64,000 nt of DNA from Polyangiales bacterium (GTDB lineage Bacteria; Myxococcota_A; Polyangia; Polyangiales; Ga0077539), in the NCBI GenBank assembly GCA_044229975.1, contig JBGARZ010000006.1, positions 256,001 through 320,000 of the forward strand, read 5' to 3'. Numbering within the stretch: the stretch's first letter is position 1; each line of letters begins with the position of its first letter. This document shows, one piece after another, positions 1-9,060 of this stretch. The position numbers and the translations under genes are program-made. The notes below the pieces were generated by a model that saw only the letters and a program-made list of their open reading frames with translations, was not told where the DNA came from and did no database searches.

Positions 1-1
1 C

Positions 2-712
2 CGCCGCGCGGGCAGCACCACGCTCGCCGGGCTCGTGCTGCGTGGCATGTGGGCCGTCGGCGAGGTCGACCGCGAGCCCGTCGAAGGGCGCATCGATCGC
101 GAGCCGTGGCGCTACCGGCTCGACCCGATGCCCAAGGTGGTTCCGCCTGCAGCGGAGGCCGTGCCGAAGCTGAGCCGCGAGTGGATCGCCGCGCACGCAC
201 CGGTCACCGCGAAGAACTTCGCCGCTGCATTCGGCATCGCCAACAGTCGCGCGGTGGCGGCGCTCAAGCCGCTGAAGCTGAAGACCGTGACCATCGAAGG
301 GCTGGCGGGCGAGTACATGGTTCCGGCGGACTTCGAGGTGCCACCCGAGCGCGTGGGGATGGCGGTGGACCTGTTGCCGGTGCGCGACCCATTGGTCGAC
401 GCGAGCCCCGACCTCACGGGCTTGTGCCCGCCCGAGCAGGTGCGCGCGACGATGGGTCGGCACGGCGTCATCGCGCCGCTGGTGCTGGTCGACGGCGCGG
501 TGGTCGGGACGTGGGCCTTCGACGGCGCGGCGTCGGACGTGCGGCTGCGCCCGCTGTCGCCGTGGGGCGCGGCAGAGGGTGCGCTCATCGAGTCGAAGGC
601 GTCGGAGCTGGCGAGGTTCATCGCGAAGGAGCTCGAACAGCCTGCGCTGCACCTGGCGGCCGCGTCGCGAACCCCGCCGCCCCGCAGCGCGAGCGCCGAC
701 CTGGAGCTGTAG
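2..712 (+). CDS. Winged-helix/AlkZ-like (HTH_42) DNA glycosylase family protein, 5'-truncated by window edge
   Basis: Frame open from window start; C-terminal 'LLPVRDPLV...PLVLVDGAVVGTW' resembles the AlkZ/YcaQ family C-terminus. Confidence 0.55.
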   Translation, partial: RRAGSTTLAGLVLRGMWAVGEVDREPVEGRIDREPWRYRLDPMPKVVPPAAEAVPKLSREWIAAHAPVTAKNFAAAFGIANSRAVAALKPLKLKTVTIEGLAGEYMVPADFEVPPERVGMAVDLLPVRDPLVDASPDLTGLCPPEQVRATMGRHGVIAPLVLVDGAVVGTWAFDGAASDVRLRPLSPWGAAEGALIESKASELARFIAKELEQPALHLAAASRTPPPRSASADLEL

Positions 713-723
713 TCGTTGGAGTC

Positions 724-769
724 CGCGGGCGTGAGCGGTCGCGCGCCGCGCTGACGCTGCGGCGTGGGC
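724..769 (-). repeat. REP-like repeat copy (same family as 46738-46902)
   Basis: gcgcgccgcgctgacgctgcggcgtgggc (741-769) is the exact reverse complement of 46741-46769; similarity continues to ~724 / ~46786. Confidence 0.75.
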
Positions 770-807
770 TTCGATCCCGTTGCCATCGCTGATAGCTTCC
801 GCCGCCT

Positions 808-2640
808 ATGCGCAACTGGTGGCGTGAAGGTCATTGGATCCCGGTGCTCGCGTGCGTCGCGCTCGTCGCGGCCTTCGTCGGCCCCACCGCGCGGCTCTGC
901 ACCCTCGCGCCCGATGGCCAGCGCGTCTGCGAGTGGGTCACCCACCGCACCGGCTCCACCGACGACTGGCGCGCCTTCGCGGGCGCCTGGGAGGCCGCGC
1001 GCATCTCCCTCCGCGACTTCCACCAGTGGCCCTCGTGGAACCCCTACCACTGCGGCGGAGTCCCCCTCTATCAAGACCCGCAGACGGCTGTGCCGGGGGT
1101 GATGTTCCTGCTGACCTTCGGGTGGTTGCCCACGCCCGTCGGCATGAAGCTCTGGCTGTGGGTACACCTCCTCGTCGGCGCCCTCGGCGCGCGCGCGCTG
1201 CTCCGCCACCACGGCGCCAACATACCCGAGCAGGTACTCGGCGCCGCCCTCGTCGCCGCCTGCGGCTTCTGCTCGGAGCACTTCGGCGGCGGTCACCTCT
1301 CCTTCACGCCCTTCCTCTTCCTGCCGTGGGTGCTGCTCGGTCATCGCCGCGCGCTCACCGACGCCCGCTGGTCGGTGCTCACCGCCACCGTCCTCGCCTT
1401 CGCCGTCTGGGAAGGCGGAACCTATCCCGTCCCGCTCCTCTTCTTCGCCCTCGCGGTCGACACGCTGCTGCGCCTCAACGACCCCGCCGCGCGCCGCGCC
1501 CTCACCGTGTCGCTTCCACTCACCGGCGGACTCTTCGCGCTCATCTCCGCCGTGCGCCTCGTGCCCGTGCTGCTCTGGCTGCGCGAGCACCCGCGGCTCA
1601 TGCCCCTCGACGACTCCATGTCCGTCGCCGAGGTCGTTCTCGCCTGGACGGCCCGCGCCCACGAGCGCGCCTTCCCCGGCCACGTCTTCGTCTGGCCCGA
1701 GTACGGCGATTACATCGGCGCCCTCCCCGTCGCCCTCTTCGCGCTCGGCATCGTCGCCGCCCTCGCCCGCCGCGACTCCGGCGCCCGCGACCGCCGCGTC
1801 GACGTCGGCGTCGCCGTCGCGCTCATCTGGTGCGCCCTCGGCAACATCCCGGGCTTCTCGCTCTTCGGCCTGCTCCATGAGCTGCCGGTGTTTCGCTCAC
1901 TGCGGGTCCCGTCGCGCTTCCTCTACCCGGCGACGGTGCTCGTCGCGCTCGTCGCCGGACGCGCCCTCGCCGACGCCCGCGTGCTCCTCCGCGACCGCGG
2001 CGTGCGCCCCATGCTCCTCAAGGCCTTCGTCGCCATCGAGTGCGCCGTCGCGCTCGCGGTCTGCATCGACGTGGTGTCCGTCAACAGCCCGCGCCTCCAA
2101 CAGGGCGCCGACCCGCCGCTGCCCACGGGGCGCGCCTCCGCCGACTTCCTCCAGGAGGGCGGCCACGACTACTGGCGCTGGCCCACGTACCCCGTGCGCG
2201 GCGTCGGAACGCCCGTCTGCTACGTCGCCTTCGACTGGACGCCCGCTCCGCAGCTCCGCATCGGCGCCGTCCCGCAGCAGCTCGTCGAGCCCGCTGACGC
2301 CGGCTCCGTGCGCTCGCTCGCGTGGTCGCCCAACGAGCTGCGCTTCGACGTCGAGCTCTCCCGCCCCGCCGCCCTCGTCATCAACCAGAACACCGACTCC
2401 GGCTGGGACACCTCCCTCGGGACCATCAACCGGACGCAGCCCATCCTCACCGTCGACCTGCCCGCGGGTCACCACACCGTCACGGTCACGCACTCCGTCC
2501 GCGGCCTCGCGGTCGGCACCCTGCTTACCTTGCTGGGTATTGCGGCGTCGGTCTGGATCATCCGCCGCGCGACGCCCGAGCGCATCGAGGCGTGGCGCGA
2601 CAGGGCTACCCGGCGGCTGCTCGGTCCGCCGTCAACGTGA
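808..2640 (+). CDS. YfhO-like polytopic membrane protein (GT-C-type glycosyltransferase-like)
   Basis: 610 aa, many TM segments, 'WNPYHCGGVPLYQDPQ' motif, 'LRVPSRF' motif, C-terminal 'LVINQNTDSGW...LPAGHHTV' module. Confidence 0.7.
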   Translation: MRNWWREGHWIPVLACVALVAAFVGPTARLCTLAPDGQRVCEWVTHRTGSTDDWRAFAGAWEAARISLRDFHQWPSWNPYHCGGVPLYQDPQTAVPGVMFLLTFGWLPTPVGMKLWLWVHLLVGALGARALLRHHGANIPEQVLGAALVAACGFCSEHFGGGHLSFTPFLFLPWVLLGHRRALTDARWSVLTATVLAFAVWEGGTYPVPLLFFALAVDTLLRLNDPAARRALTVSLPLTGGLFALISAVRLVPVLLWLREHPRLMPLDDSMSVAEVVLAWTARAHERAFPGHVFVWPEYGDYIGALPVALFALGIVAALARRDSGARDRRVDVGVAVALIWCALGNIPGFSLFGLLHELPVFRSLRVPSRFLYPATVLVALVAGRALADARVLLRDRGVRPMLLKAFVAIECAVALAVCIDVVSVNSPRLQQGADPPLPTGRASADFLQEGGHDYWRWPTYPVRGVGTPVCYVAFDWTPAPQLRIGAVPQQLVEPADAGSVRSLAWSPNELRFDVELSRPAALVINQNTDSGWDTSLGTINRTQPILTVDLPAGHHTVTVTHSVRGLAVGTLLTLLGIAASVWIIRRATPERIEAWRDRATRRLLGPPST

Positions 2641-2700
2641 CTGCGCCCTGCTGTTGATGCCCTCCTCCTCATCCATGCAGTCGTTGAATCTGTCCGTCGA

Positions 2701-3119
2701 CCTTCGCCCGCAGGTTGAAACCCTTTCGTTTCTACCCATCGTTGGCGCCCGCTTCGGAGCGCCCACTGCGCGGTTGCGGACGGCCCGCGAGCGGGCCTGC
2801 AACCGCTGAAGTGGGAGCCTGGAGCTGGGCGTCCCGCCGTCGCGGGACTTCCTGCATGCGCGCCGGTCGCTGGGGCGACCGTCGAGAGGGTGAAGGAGGT
2901 CCTCTCCAAGCCGTTCCGCGAGCCCCTACCTCCACTCGTCGAGCGCGGCGCGCTCGGCGCTCCGACAGGAAGTCCCGCGACGGCGGGACGTCCATCTCCA
3001 GGCTCCCACTTCAGCGGTTGCAGGCCCGCTCGCGGGCCGTCCGCAACCGCGCAGTGGGCGCTCCGAAGCGGGCGCCAACGATGGGTAGAAACGAAAGGGT
3101 TTCAACCTGCGGGCGAAGG
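2701..3119. repeat. 154-bp near-perfect inverted repeat pair (2701-2854 / 2966-3119), 111-bp spacer; MITE/REPIN-like
   Basis: Arms are reverse complements with 2 mismatches; lies between two convergent genes. Confidence 0.9.
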
Positions 3120-3148
3120 CAACTGGACAGAATTTCTTGCCGCGTGGG

Positions 3149-4699
3149 TCACACCCGCGCGTAGCGGCCGGGGGACACCACGCCGTTGGGGTCGAGCGCC
3201 GATTTGATGCGCGCGACGACGTCGAAGCGCTCGGGCTCGCGCGCGACGAGCGACGCCATGCGGTCGACGGCCACGCGGTACGGCGCAAACCCGGCGCGGT
3301 CCATCCCCTCCCAGAGCGCGGCCTCGGCGCGCTCGGCGCGGTCCACGTCGGCGGGGTCGTCGCGGCGAAACGGGATCGTGATGAGCGCCCGTCCATCGCC
3401 GTAGATCGACGGCTTCACCGCGACGCCGTGCGAGCGCGCCGCCTCGATCACCCGCTCGAACGCGCGGACGTGGCGCGGCGAGAAGGGGATCACGCTCACC
3501 AGCGACTTCATCCCGAAGGGGGGAGCGTCGGCGTCGAGGGCGCGCGGGTCTTCGGGAACCGGCGTGCCGGTCATCTGGTAGATGGTCTTGATGGTCTCGG
3601 CGTCGGGCGTTCCGCGCACCAGCTTCAGCAGCGGGAGCAGCGCGGGCGGCAGGTCGCGCTCGGCGTCGCGGCCCGACTGGTGGTCGTAGGCACCCGACGT
3701 CGTGCAGAGCGGCGCCATCGCTTCGACGATCTCCTGCGCGATCGCGTCCGCCGTCCGCCCCGTTCCGCCGATGAACGCGTAGAACAACCACCCCGCCGAC
3801 TCCTCGGTCGCCGCCGCGCCGTCGTGGGAGTCCCGCGCGTGCACGAAGCGGTTGCTGTACCCGAGCTGCACGGCGTCGAGAGGAAACACCCCCTGCTGAC
3901 CGAGCGAGCGCAGCGCCGTCACCGCGTCCTCCAGGCGCTCGTCGCGAACGATGCCCCACACGAGGTACGTCCGCTGCGGCTTGCGGAGCAGCTTGAACGC
4001 GAGCTGCGTGACCACGCCGAAGTTCGACTGCGTGAACAGCGCCGCGAGGTCGGGCCCCGCGGTGTGCCGCGCGTGGTGGCTCGGCTCGCCGGTGCCGACG
4101 TTTGCCCAGACGCCGCCCGCCTCGAAGGGCGCGCCGCTGCCCAGCACACCGCGGACACCCAGCAGGTCGTGGACCCGCGCGCGCATGCCGTCACCGCGTT
4201 CGAGCGTGTTGCCCGAGACGCTCGTGAACGCGAACGACCCGGTGAAGTTCATGGTGAGCGACGGGTGGTGCTCGCGGAGGTGCGCGGCGAGCTGACCCTG
4301 CGTGACGCCCGGCTCGATGACCGCGTAGCCGAACTCCTCGTTGACCTCCACGATGCGTGTAAGGCGCGACAGGTCGACGACGGCGCAACCGTCGGTCACC
4401 GGGAGCTTCGAGCCGAGGCCCCAGTTGCGGCCGGTGCTGAAGGGGTAGAGCGCGACGCGGTGCTCGTTGGCGACCGCTACGATGCGCCGCACCTCGTCCT
4501 CGGTGCGCGGGACCAGCACGACCGGCACGGCGCGCGACAGGGCCGTCACGTTGCGAAGGTAGCGGCGCTCGATGACGGCCGCGTCGCTCAGCACGACGTC
4601 CGGCGAGACGGCGTCGGCGAACAGCGCGGCGACGTCGCGCGGCGGGCTCTCGGTGGAAGACGAAGACATGCTGAACGCGACGGGCGTCTCGGGTGGCAT
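3149..4699 (-). CDS. FAD-binding oxidoreductase, VAO/PCMH (p-cresol methylhydroxylase-like) family
   Basis: 'PFSTGRNWGLGS', 'EPGVTQGQL', 'FTQSNFGVVT' and C-terminal 'IKSALDPNGVVSPGRY' motifs. Confidence 0.85.
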   Translation of the reverse strand: MPPETPVAFSMSSSSTESPPRDVAALFADAVSPDVVLSDAAVIERRYLRNVTALSRAVPVVLVPRTEDEVRRIVAVANEHRVALYPFSTGRNWGLGSKLPVTDGCAVVDLSRLTRIVEVNEEFGYAVIEPGVTQGQLAAHLREHHPSLTMNFTGSFAFTSVSGNTLERGDGMRARVHDLLGVRGVLGSGAPFEAGGVWANVGTGEPSHHARHTAGPDLAALFTQSNFGVVTQLAFKLLRKPQRTYLVWGIVRDERLEDAVTALRSLGQQGVFPLDAVQLGYSNRFVHARDSHDGAAATEESAGWLFYAFIGGTGRTADAIAQEIVEAMAPLCTTSGAYDHQSGRDAERDLPPALLPLLKLVRGTPDAETIKTIYQMTGTPVPEDPRALDADAPPFGMKSLVSVIPFSPRHVRAFERVIEAARSHGVAVKPSIYGDGRALITIPFRRDDPADVDRAERAEAALWEGMDRAGFAPYRVAVDRMASLVAREPERFDVVARIKSALDPNGVVSPGRYARV

Positions 4700-4721
4700 C
4701 GGGGATTCCTGTGCTCGGTGT

Positions 4722-5189
4722 TCAGTGGCAGAGCGCGAAGTACGCGGCGCGCCCGGCCATGTAGACGATGATGAGAGAGCCCGGCGTCCACAGCATCGCG
4801 CGGGTGTCGTGGGTGCGCGCCGTGAAGTACGCCGCGAAGTGCAGCAGACGCGTCACCACGTAGGCGCCGAAGAGGCAGCGCGCGAGCAGCAGCGAGGGGC
4901 TGGTGAGGACGAAGAGGAAGCCCGCGGCGAGGAAGAACGGGATGTTCTCCAGGTCGTTGCCGTGGATGCGCCGGATGCGATCGACGTCGGCGTTGGGGTC
5001 GAGCTGCTTCGGGTCGGGGTTGGGGTTGAAGGGCGTCTTCAGGAGGTCTTCGGGGTTGCGGTAGCCGCCGTTGGCCTTGAGCATCCGGGCGACCGTGAGC
5101 CACGACATGCTCACGACCTTCAGGATCATGATCGCGGCCGCGAGGGCGTACGCGGCGAAGACCGGGTTCTGGAGATTCAACTGGTTCAT
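4722..5189 (-). CDS. MAPEG family (microsomal GST-like) membrane protein
   Basis: 'NPED', 'VDRIRRIHGNDLENIPFF' signature, 4 TM helices. Confidence 0.9.
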   Translation of the reverse strand: MNQLNLQNPVFAAYALAAAIMILKVVSMSWLTVARMLKANGGYRNPEDLLKTPFNPNPDPKQLDPNADVDRIRRIHGNDLENIPFFLAAGFLFVLTSPSLLLARCLFGAYVVTRLLHFAAYFTARTHDTRAMLWTPGSLIIVYMAGRAAYFALCH

Positions 5190-5207
5190 GGCGGGCTCCT
5201 CGTCGGG

Positions 5208-5927
5208 TCAGGCGCGGGCGAGCATCGCTTCGTAGGCGTCGGCCAGGCGCAGCAGTGACTCGCCGCAGCGGTGGGTGCCCGACGAGCCGTGCATGGGCGC
5301 GAGCATCCGGGGCTCCAGCGCGGCGAGGCGGCGGATGGTCGGGCCCGTCGCGCTCGACAGCGCCGTCGCGTGGAAGATGGCTTCGGTGGCGAGCGCGGGC
5401 CCGACGAGGTCGTCGCCGGTGACGGCGGGGCCGTCGCCCACCTGCGCGAAGAGGTCGCCGCAGAAGAGGGTGCCGGTGGTCTCCTCGAAGAGCACGCGAG
5501 ACTCCCAGTTGTGCGGGACGTGGGGCGTGTCGAGGTGGCGCACGCGCTTGCCACCGAGGTCGATGACTTCTCCATCGGCGAGGCGGCGGGGCGCGCGGTC
5601 GCAGAGGTCGTCGAGGGAGACCATGCAGCCGAGCGCGCCGTGCGCGACCTCGGCGTGGGGCGCGGCGGCGAGCAGCTCGTTCATCGCTCCGCACTCGTCG
5701 GACTCGACGTGGCCGAACGCGATGTAGCGCAGGCTCGCCAGCGGCACGACCCGCGCGATGGCCGCCGACACCAGCGGGAACATCCGCCGCGGACCCGTGT
5801 GGAAGAGCAGCGGCTGCTCGGCCTTGATGAGGAACTGGTTGAACGTGAACCCGCCCGGCGCCGCCTCGGGCACGCAGGTGGAGAAGCGGTAGATGCCGTC
5901 GGCGATCTCGTGGGTGAGCGTGTTCAT
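5208..5927 (-). CDS. MBL-fold di-iron protein (FprA/ODP-like)
   Basis: 'FNQFLI', 'HVESDECG', 'TPHVPHNWE', 'LFCGDLF', 'PMHG' motifs. Confidence 0.8.
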   Translation of the reverse strand: MNTLTHEIADGIYRFSTCVPEAAPGGFTFNQFLIKAEQPLLFHTGPRRMFPLVSAAIARVVPLASLRYIAFGHVESDECGAMNELLAAAPHAEVAHGALGCMVSLDDLCDRAPRRLADGEVIDLGGKRVRHLDTPHVPHNWESRVLFEETTGTLFCGDLFAQVGDGPAVTGDDLVGPALATEAIFHATALSSATGPTIRRLAALEPRMLAPMHGSSGTHRCGESLLRLADAYEAMLARA

Positions 5928-5990
5928 GGTGCGTCCCTGTTCGACGTAGGCCCCTGATGACCCGTCGACGAGCCATCTCTAACACCATAT

Positions 5991-6025
5991 TTGAACGTTG
6001 GTAGAAAAATACTACCGACGGTCCA
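5991..6025. promoter_or_regulatory. Putative TetR operator pair in the divergent promoter
   Basis: ttgaacgttggtag-N7-ctaccgacggtcca imperfect inverted repeat; each half resembles the palindrome at 6805-6825. Confidence 0.55.
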
Positions 6026-6054
6026 CTTTAGGGAGGTCGTGATAGAAAGAGGGC

Positions 6055-6783
6055 GTGAAGAAGACCGCGAAGCCCGCCGCTGCCCCCCGCGCCACGAAGC
6101 CTGCGAAGCCCGCGAAGCCCGCGCCTGCTCCCGTCGAGGCCGAGGCGTCGCCGCGGGTTGCGCGGCGCGAACGGCGGCGCGAGCGCTCGCGGGAGGAGAT
6201 CGTGACCGCGGCGCGGCGGGTGCTGCTCCAGAAGGGCCTGGCGGCGACGACGCTCGACGCGATCGCGAGCGAGGTCGGGCTCACCAAGGCGGCGCTCTAC
6301 TACTACTACCCCTCGAAGGACGCGCTCTTCTTCGAGATCATGTACGGCGCCGTGGAGGCGCAGGCGCGCGCGGTCCACGCGGGGGTCGAGCGGTCCGCGA
6401 CCGGGGGCCAGGCGCTGGGCGCCATCGTGCGGGAGATGGTGCACACCTTCGCGCCGCGGCTCGACGACTTCCGCGTGGTGTTCTTGCTGGGCCAGGTCGC
6501 GCCCGGCGCGGTGCGCCTCGGCGCGGAGCAGCTCGCCCGGCTCCGGCCGCTCAACGACCTCGCGTACGGGGGCGCCGCCCGGCGGCTCGCCGAGGAGTGG
6601 GCCACCCGGCGCGGGCGCGCGAAGGTCGAGCCGCGCAAGATGGCGTTCCTCGCGTCGCTCGCGGCCATCGGGCTGCTCACCATGAAGGGCCTCGTCGAGA
6701 GCTTCGGCGACCCGCTCATGTACTCCGACGACGAGCTCGTCGACGGCTTCGCGCGCCTGTTCGAGGCCGCCGCGGAGCCGTAG
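6055..6783 (+). CDS. TetR/AcrR family transcriptional regulator
   Basis: 'GLAATTLDAIASEVGLTKAALYYYYPSKDALF' HTH. Confidence 0.92.
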   Translation: MKKTAKPAAAPRATKPAKPAKPAPAPVEAEASPRVARRERRRERSREEIVTAARRVLLQKGLAATTLDAIASEVGLTKAALYYYYPSKDALFFEIMYGAVEAQARAVHAGVERSATGGQALGAIVREMVHTFAPRLDDFRVVFLLGQVAPGAVRLGAEQLARLRPLNDLAYGGAARRLAEEWATRRGRAKVEPRKMAFLASLAAIGLLTMKGLVESFGDPLMYSDDELVDGFARLFEAAAEP

Positions 6784-6804
6784 ACCGCCGCGGTGGGGTT
6801 TCTA

Positions 6805-6825
6805 ATTTCAACCGTCGGTTGAAAT
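6805..6825. promoter_or_regulatory. Perfect palindrome ATTTCAACCG-T-CGGTTGAAAT, putative TetR operator
   Basis: 10-bp arms with 1-nt spacer in an AT-rich patch upstream of the decarboxylase operon. Confidence 0.65.
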
Positions 6826-6838
6826 ATTGTTGTCGGGG

Positions 6839-7159
6839 ATGAATCACGGCGTTAGGGTCGTCGGAGTCGGGCGAACAGTGACGCCCGGCGAGGAGCCAGC
6901 ACCCCCGATGAACACCCGCGCGAACGAGACCGCCCCGATGACCCGCTCGCTCCCCTCCACGCAGGGTCGTAGCGTCTCGGCGACCCACCTCCGTGTTGTC
7001 GCGACGGCTCCCGCTCTTCGGCGCGAAGCAGACGAACCCGTCAAGGCCGCGTGGGTCCCCGGGCAGCGCTTCGCCCCGGCGCTCTCGGTCGCGATCCTCC
7101 AGACGCGCTGGCTCGAGACCTACGCCACGCCCTGCCACGCGCACGGCAGCGCGTTCTAG
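6839..7159 (+). CDS. Small ORF; its C-terminus resembles the missing N-terminal motif of the downstream PLP decarboxylase (start uncertain)
   Basis: 'PALSVAILQTRWLETYATPCHAHGSAF*' parallels the 'PL..L.....FH.PGH..G' N-terminus of Orn/Lys/Arg decarboxylases. Confidence 0.45.
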   Translation: MNHGVRVVGVGRTVTPGEEPAPPMNTRANETAPMTRSLPSTQGRSVSATHLRVVATAPALRREADEPVKAAWVPGQRFAPALSVAILQTRWLETYATPCHAHGSAF

Positions 7160-7181
7160 TCGGCGGCCCGAGCGACGCGCC

Positions 7182-8702
7182 ATGACCCCCGAAGCCGACC
7201 TCACCGCGCTCACCCGCTGCCTCCAGGTCACGTCCGATTCGCTGCGCTCGCCCAAGGTCCGGCGCGACCTCCGCAGCGTTACCGAGCGCGACGCCGCCGC
7301 GCTGCGCCGCGCGATCCTGCGGCTCACGGCCTTCCTCGACGACTCCATCAGCAACCCCCACCTCGGCTCGCTCTTCGACCGCACCGCGAGCGACCCCCTC
7401 AACGCCCTGGCCGACGCGCTCGCGTCCGCGTACGGCGTCGCGAAGACCTATCCCGGCACCACGGGCACCACCGGGCTCAACGCGCCTGCCGTGATGACGC
7501 TCGCGGGCGAAGGCGAGTCCATCGCCGTCGCGCGCGACTGCCACGTCTCCGTCATCGGCGGGCTCTGCCTCTCGGGCGCCGAGCCGCTGTACCTCACACC
7601 ACCCTTCGACGCCGATCGCGGCGTGATGCTGCCGCCGACCGCCGCCGAGGTCGCCGCGTTGCTCGACGGCCACCCCGCCGTGCGCGCCCTCGTCGTGACG
7701 ATGCCGACCTATCACGGCCTCATGGGAGACGTGGCGGGCATCGTGCGCGAGTGCCATCGGCGCGGCGTGCGCGTGATGGTCGACGAGGCCCACGGCCCGC
7801 ACTTCCGTTTCTTGCGAACCATCGGCTTCCCGCTGTGCGCCGAAGACGCCGGGGCCGACGTGGTCACGCAGTCGACGCACAAGGTGCTGTCGGCGCTCAA
7901 CCAGGCATCGCTGCTCCACTTCAACGACGCCGGTCTCGCGCGGCGCTACGAGGAGTGCCAGGCGATGGGGTTCCAGTCGACGTCGTTCTCGTACCCGCTG
8001 CTGCTCTCCATCGAGCAGGCGATCGAGCAGATGACCGACGGGGGCGCAGCCCGGTGGCGCGACGCGGCCGCGCTCGCCCGGCGGTTGCGCGACGGGGCTC
8101 GCGGCATCGCGGGCGTCACCGTGCTCGACGAGACGGTGGTCGACGGCGAGCGGGTCATGGGCGTCGACCCCACGCGCGTCACCCTCAACCTCCGCGCGAC
8201 GGGGCACAGCGGGTACGCGGTGAGCGACGCCATCACCCGGCGCGGCGCCCTCGTCGAGATGGTCACCGCCGACGTGGTGTTGTTCCTGGTGAGCCCGAGC
8301 GTGACGGCCGCGCAGGTCGACGCGACCCTCGACGACCTGCGCGCGGTGTTGCGCGAGCCCGCGTCTGCGCACCGCGGCCCGCGCCTCACGACGCCGCCGC
8401 TGCCCGAGCGTGTGATGTCGCCGCGGCGGGCCGTGATGTCGCTGTCGCGCGAGCGGGTTCCACGGCGCGCGGCCATCGGGCGGGTCTGCGCGGAGACGAT
8501 CGGGGCGTACCCGCCGGGGCAGGCGATCTTCGTCGCGGGCGAGCGCGTGCACGCCGAGGGCGTCGACTACCTCGAACGCGTGGTGGCCGCGGGCGGTCAC
8601 CTGAAGCGCGTGCAGGACGACCACTTCGAGACCATCGAGGTCGTCCGCGAGGCGGGTCCACGTCCGTTCTCGTCGCGGTCGCGCTTGCAGGCGGTGCGCT
8701 GA
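7182..8702 (+). CDS. Orn/Lys/Arg decarboxylase family PLP-dependent enzyme
   Basis: 'RDCHVSV', 'PTYHG', 'VDEAHG', 'QSTHKVLSALNQAS' (PLP lysine), 'STSFSYPLLLS', 'YPPG'. Confidence 0.85.
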   Translation: MTPEADLTALTRCLQVTSDSLRSPKVRRDLRSVTERDAAALRRAILRLTAFLDDSISNPHLGSLFDRTASDPLNALADALASAYGVAKTYPGTTGTTGLNAPAVMTLAGEGESIAVARDCHVSVIGGLCLSGAEPLYLTPPFDADRGVMLPPTAAEVAALLDGHPAVRALVVTMPTYHGLMGDVAGIVRECHRRGVRVMVDEAHGPHFRFLRTIGFPLCAEDAGADVVTQSTHKVLSALNQASLLHFNDAGLARRYEECQAMGFQSTSFSYPLLLSIEQAIEQMTDGGAARWRDAAALARRLRDGARGIAGVTVLDETVVDGERVMGVDPTRVTLNLRATGHSGYAVSDAITRRGALVEMVTADVVLFLVSPSVTAAQVDATLDDLRAVLREPASAHRGPRLTTPPLPERVMSPRRAVMSLSRERVPRRAAIGRVCAETIGAYPPGQAIFVAGERVHAEGVDYLERVVAAGGHLKRVQDDHFETIEVVREAGPRPFSSRSRLQAVR

Positions 8703-8706
8703 GGCC

Positions 8707-9045
8707 ATGAACGTCCCGCCCATCCTCGTGGTTCTCGCGTGCGCGGCGGTGAGCACCGTCGCCGACACGATGGCCACCGTGTACTGGGAGCACCGTCGCC
8801 CCGCCGACCTCGCGGTCACGCTCGTGCTCGCGCCGGTGGTCTTCGTGCTCTTCGGCTACGTGGGCGCGAGCCGGGGCCTCGCCACCGCGTCGGGCTACAC
8901 CAACTCGCTCATCGTCGCGGGGCCCATCCTGGTCGGCCTCTTCGCGCGTCGCGAGGCCCAGCACGCGTCGACCCCGCAGATGATCGGGCTGGCGTTGATC
9001 TTCGTGGGCGTCGGGCTGGTCGCGGCCTTCCGTCCGAGCACCTGA
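8707..9045 (+). CDS. Small 4-TM membrane protein (SMR/DMT-like)
   Basis: 112 aa, four hydrophobic helices, C-terminal 'IGLALIFVGVGLV'. Confidence 0.6.
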   Translation: MNVPPILVVLACAAVSTVADTMATVYWEHRRPADLAVTLVLAPVVFVLFGYVGASRGLATASGYTNSLIVAGPILVGLFARREAQHASTPQMIGLALIFVGVGLVAAFRPST

Positions 9046-9060
9046 ACCACGGGAGTGCCC

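Noticed and set aside
2701..2721. GTTGAAAC, resembling a CRISPR repeat end
   Set aside because: Occurs only once in each arm of the inverted repeat; no repeat-spacer periodicity and no cas genes
2715..3207. ORFs across the long inverted repeat (2715-3164, 2890-3207, 2732-2995)
   Set aside because: Translations mirror each other because of the palindrome; no protein motifs
7157..7159. In-frame TAG as pyrrolysine readthrough
   Set aside because: Same-frame readthrough does not join the decarboxylase frame, and there is no pyl context
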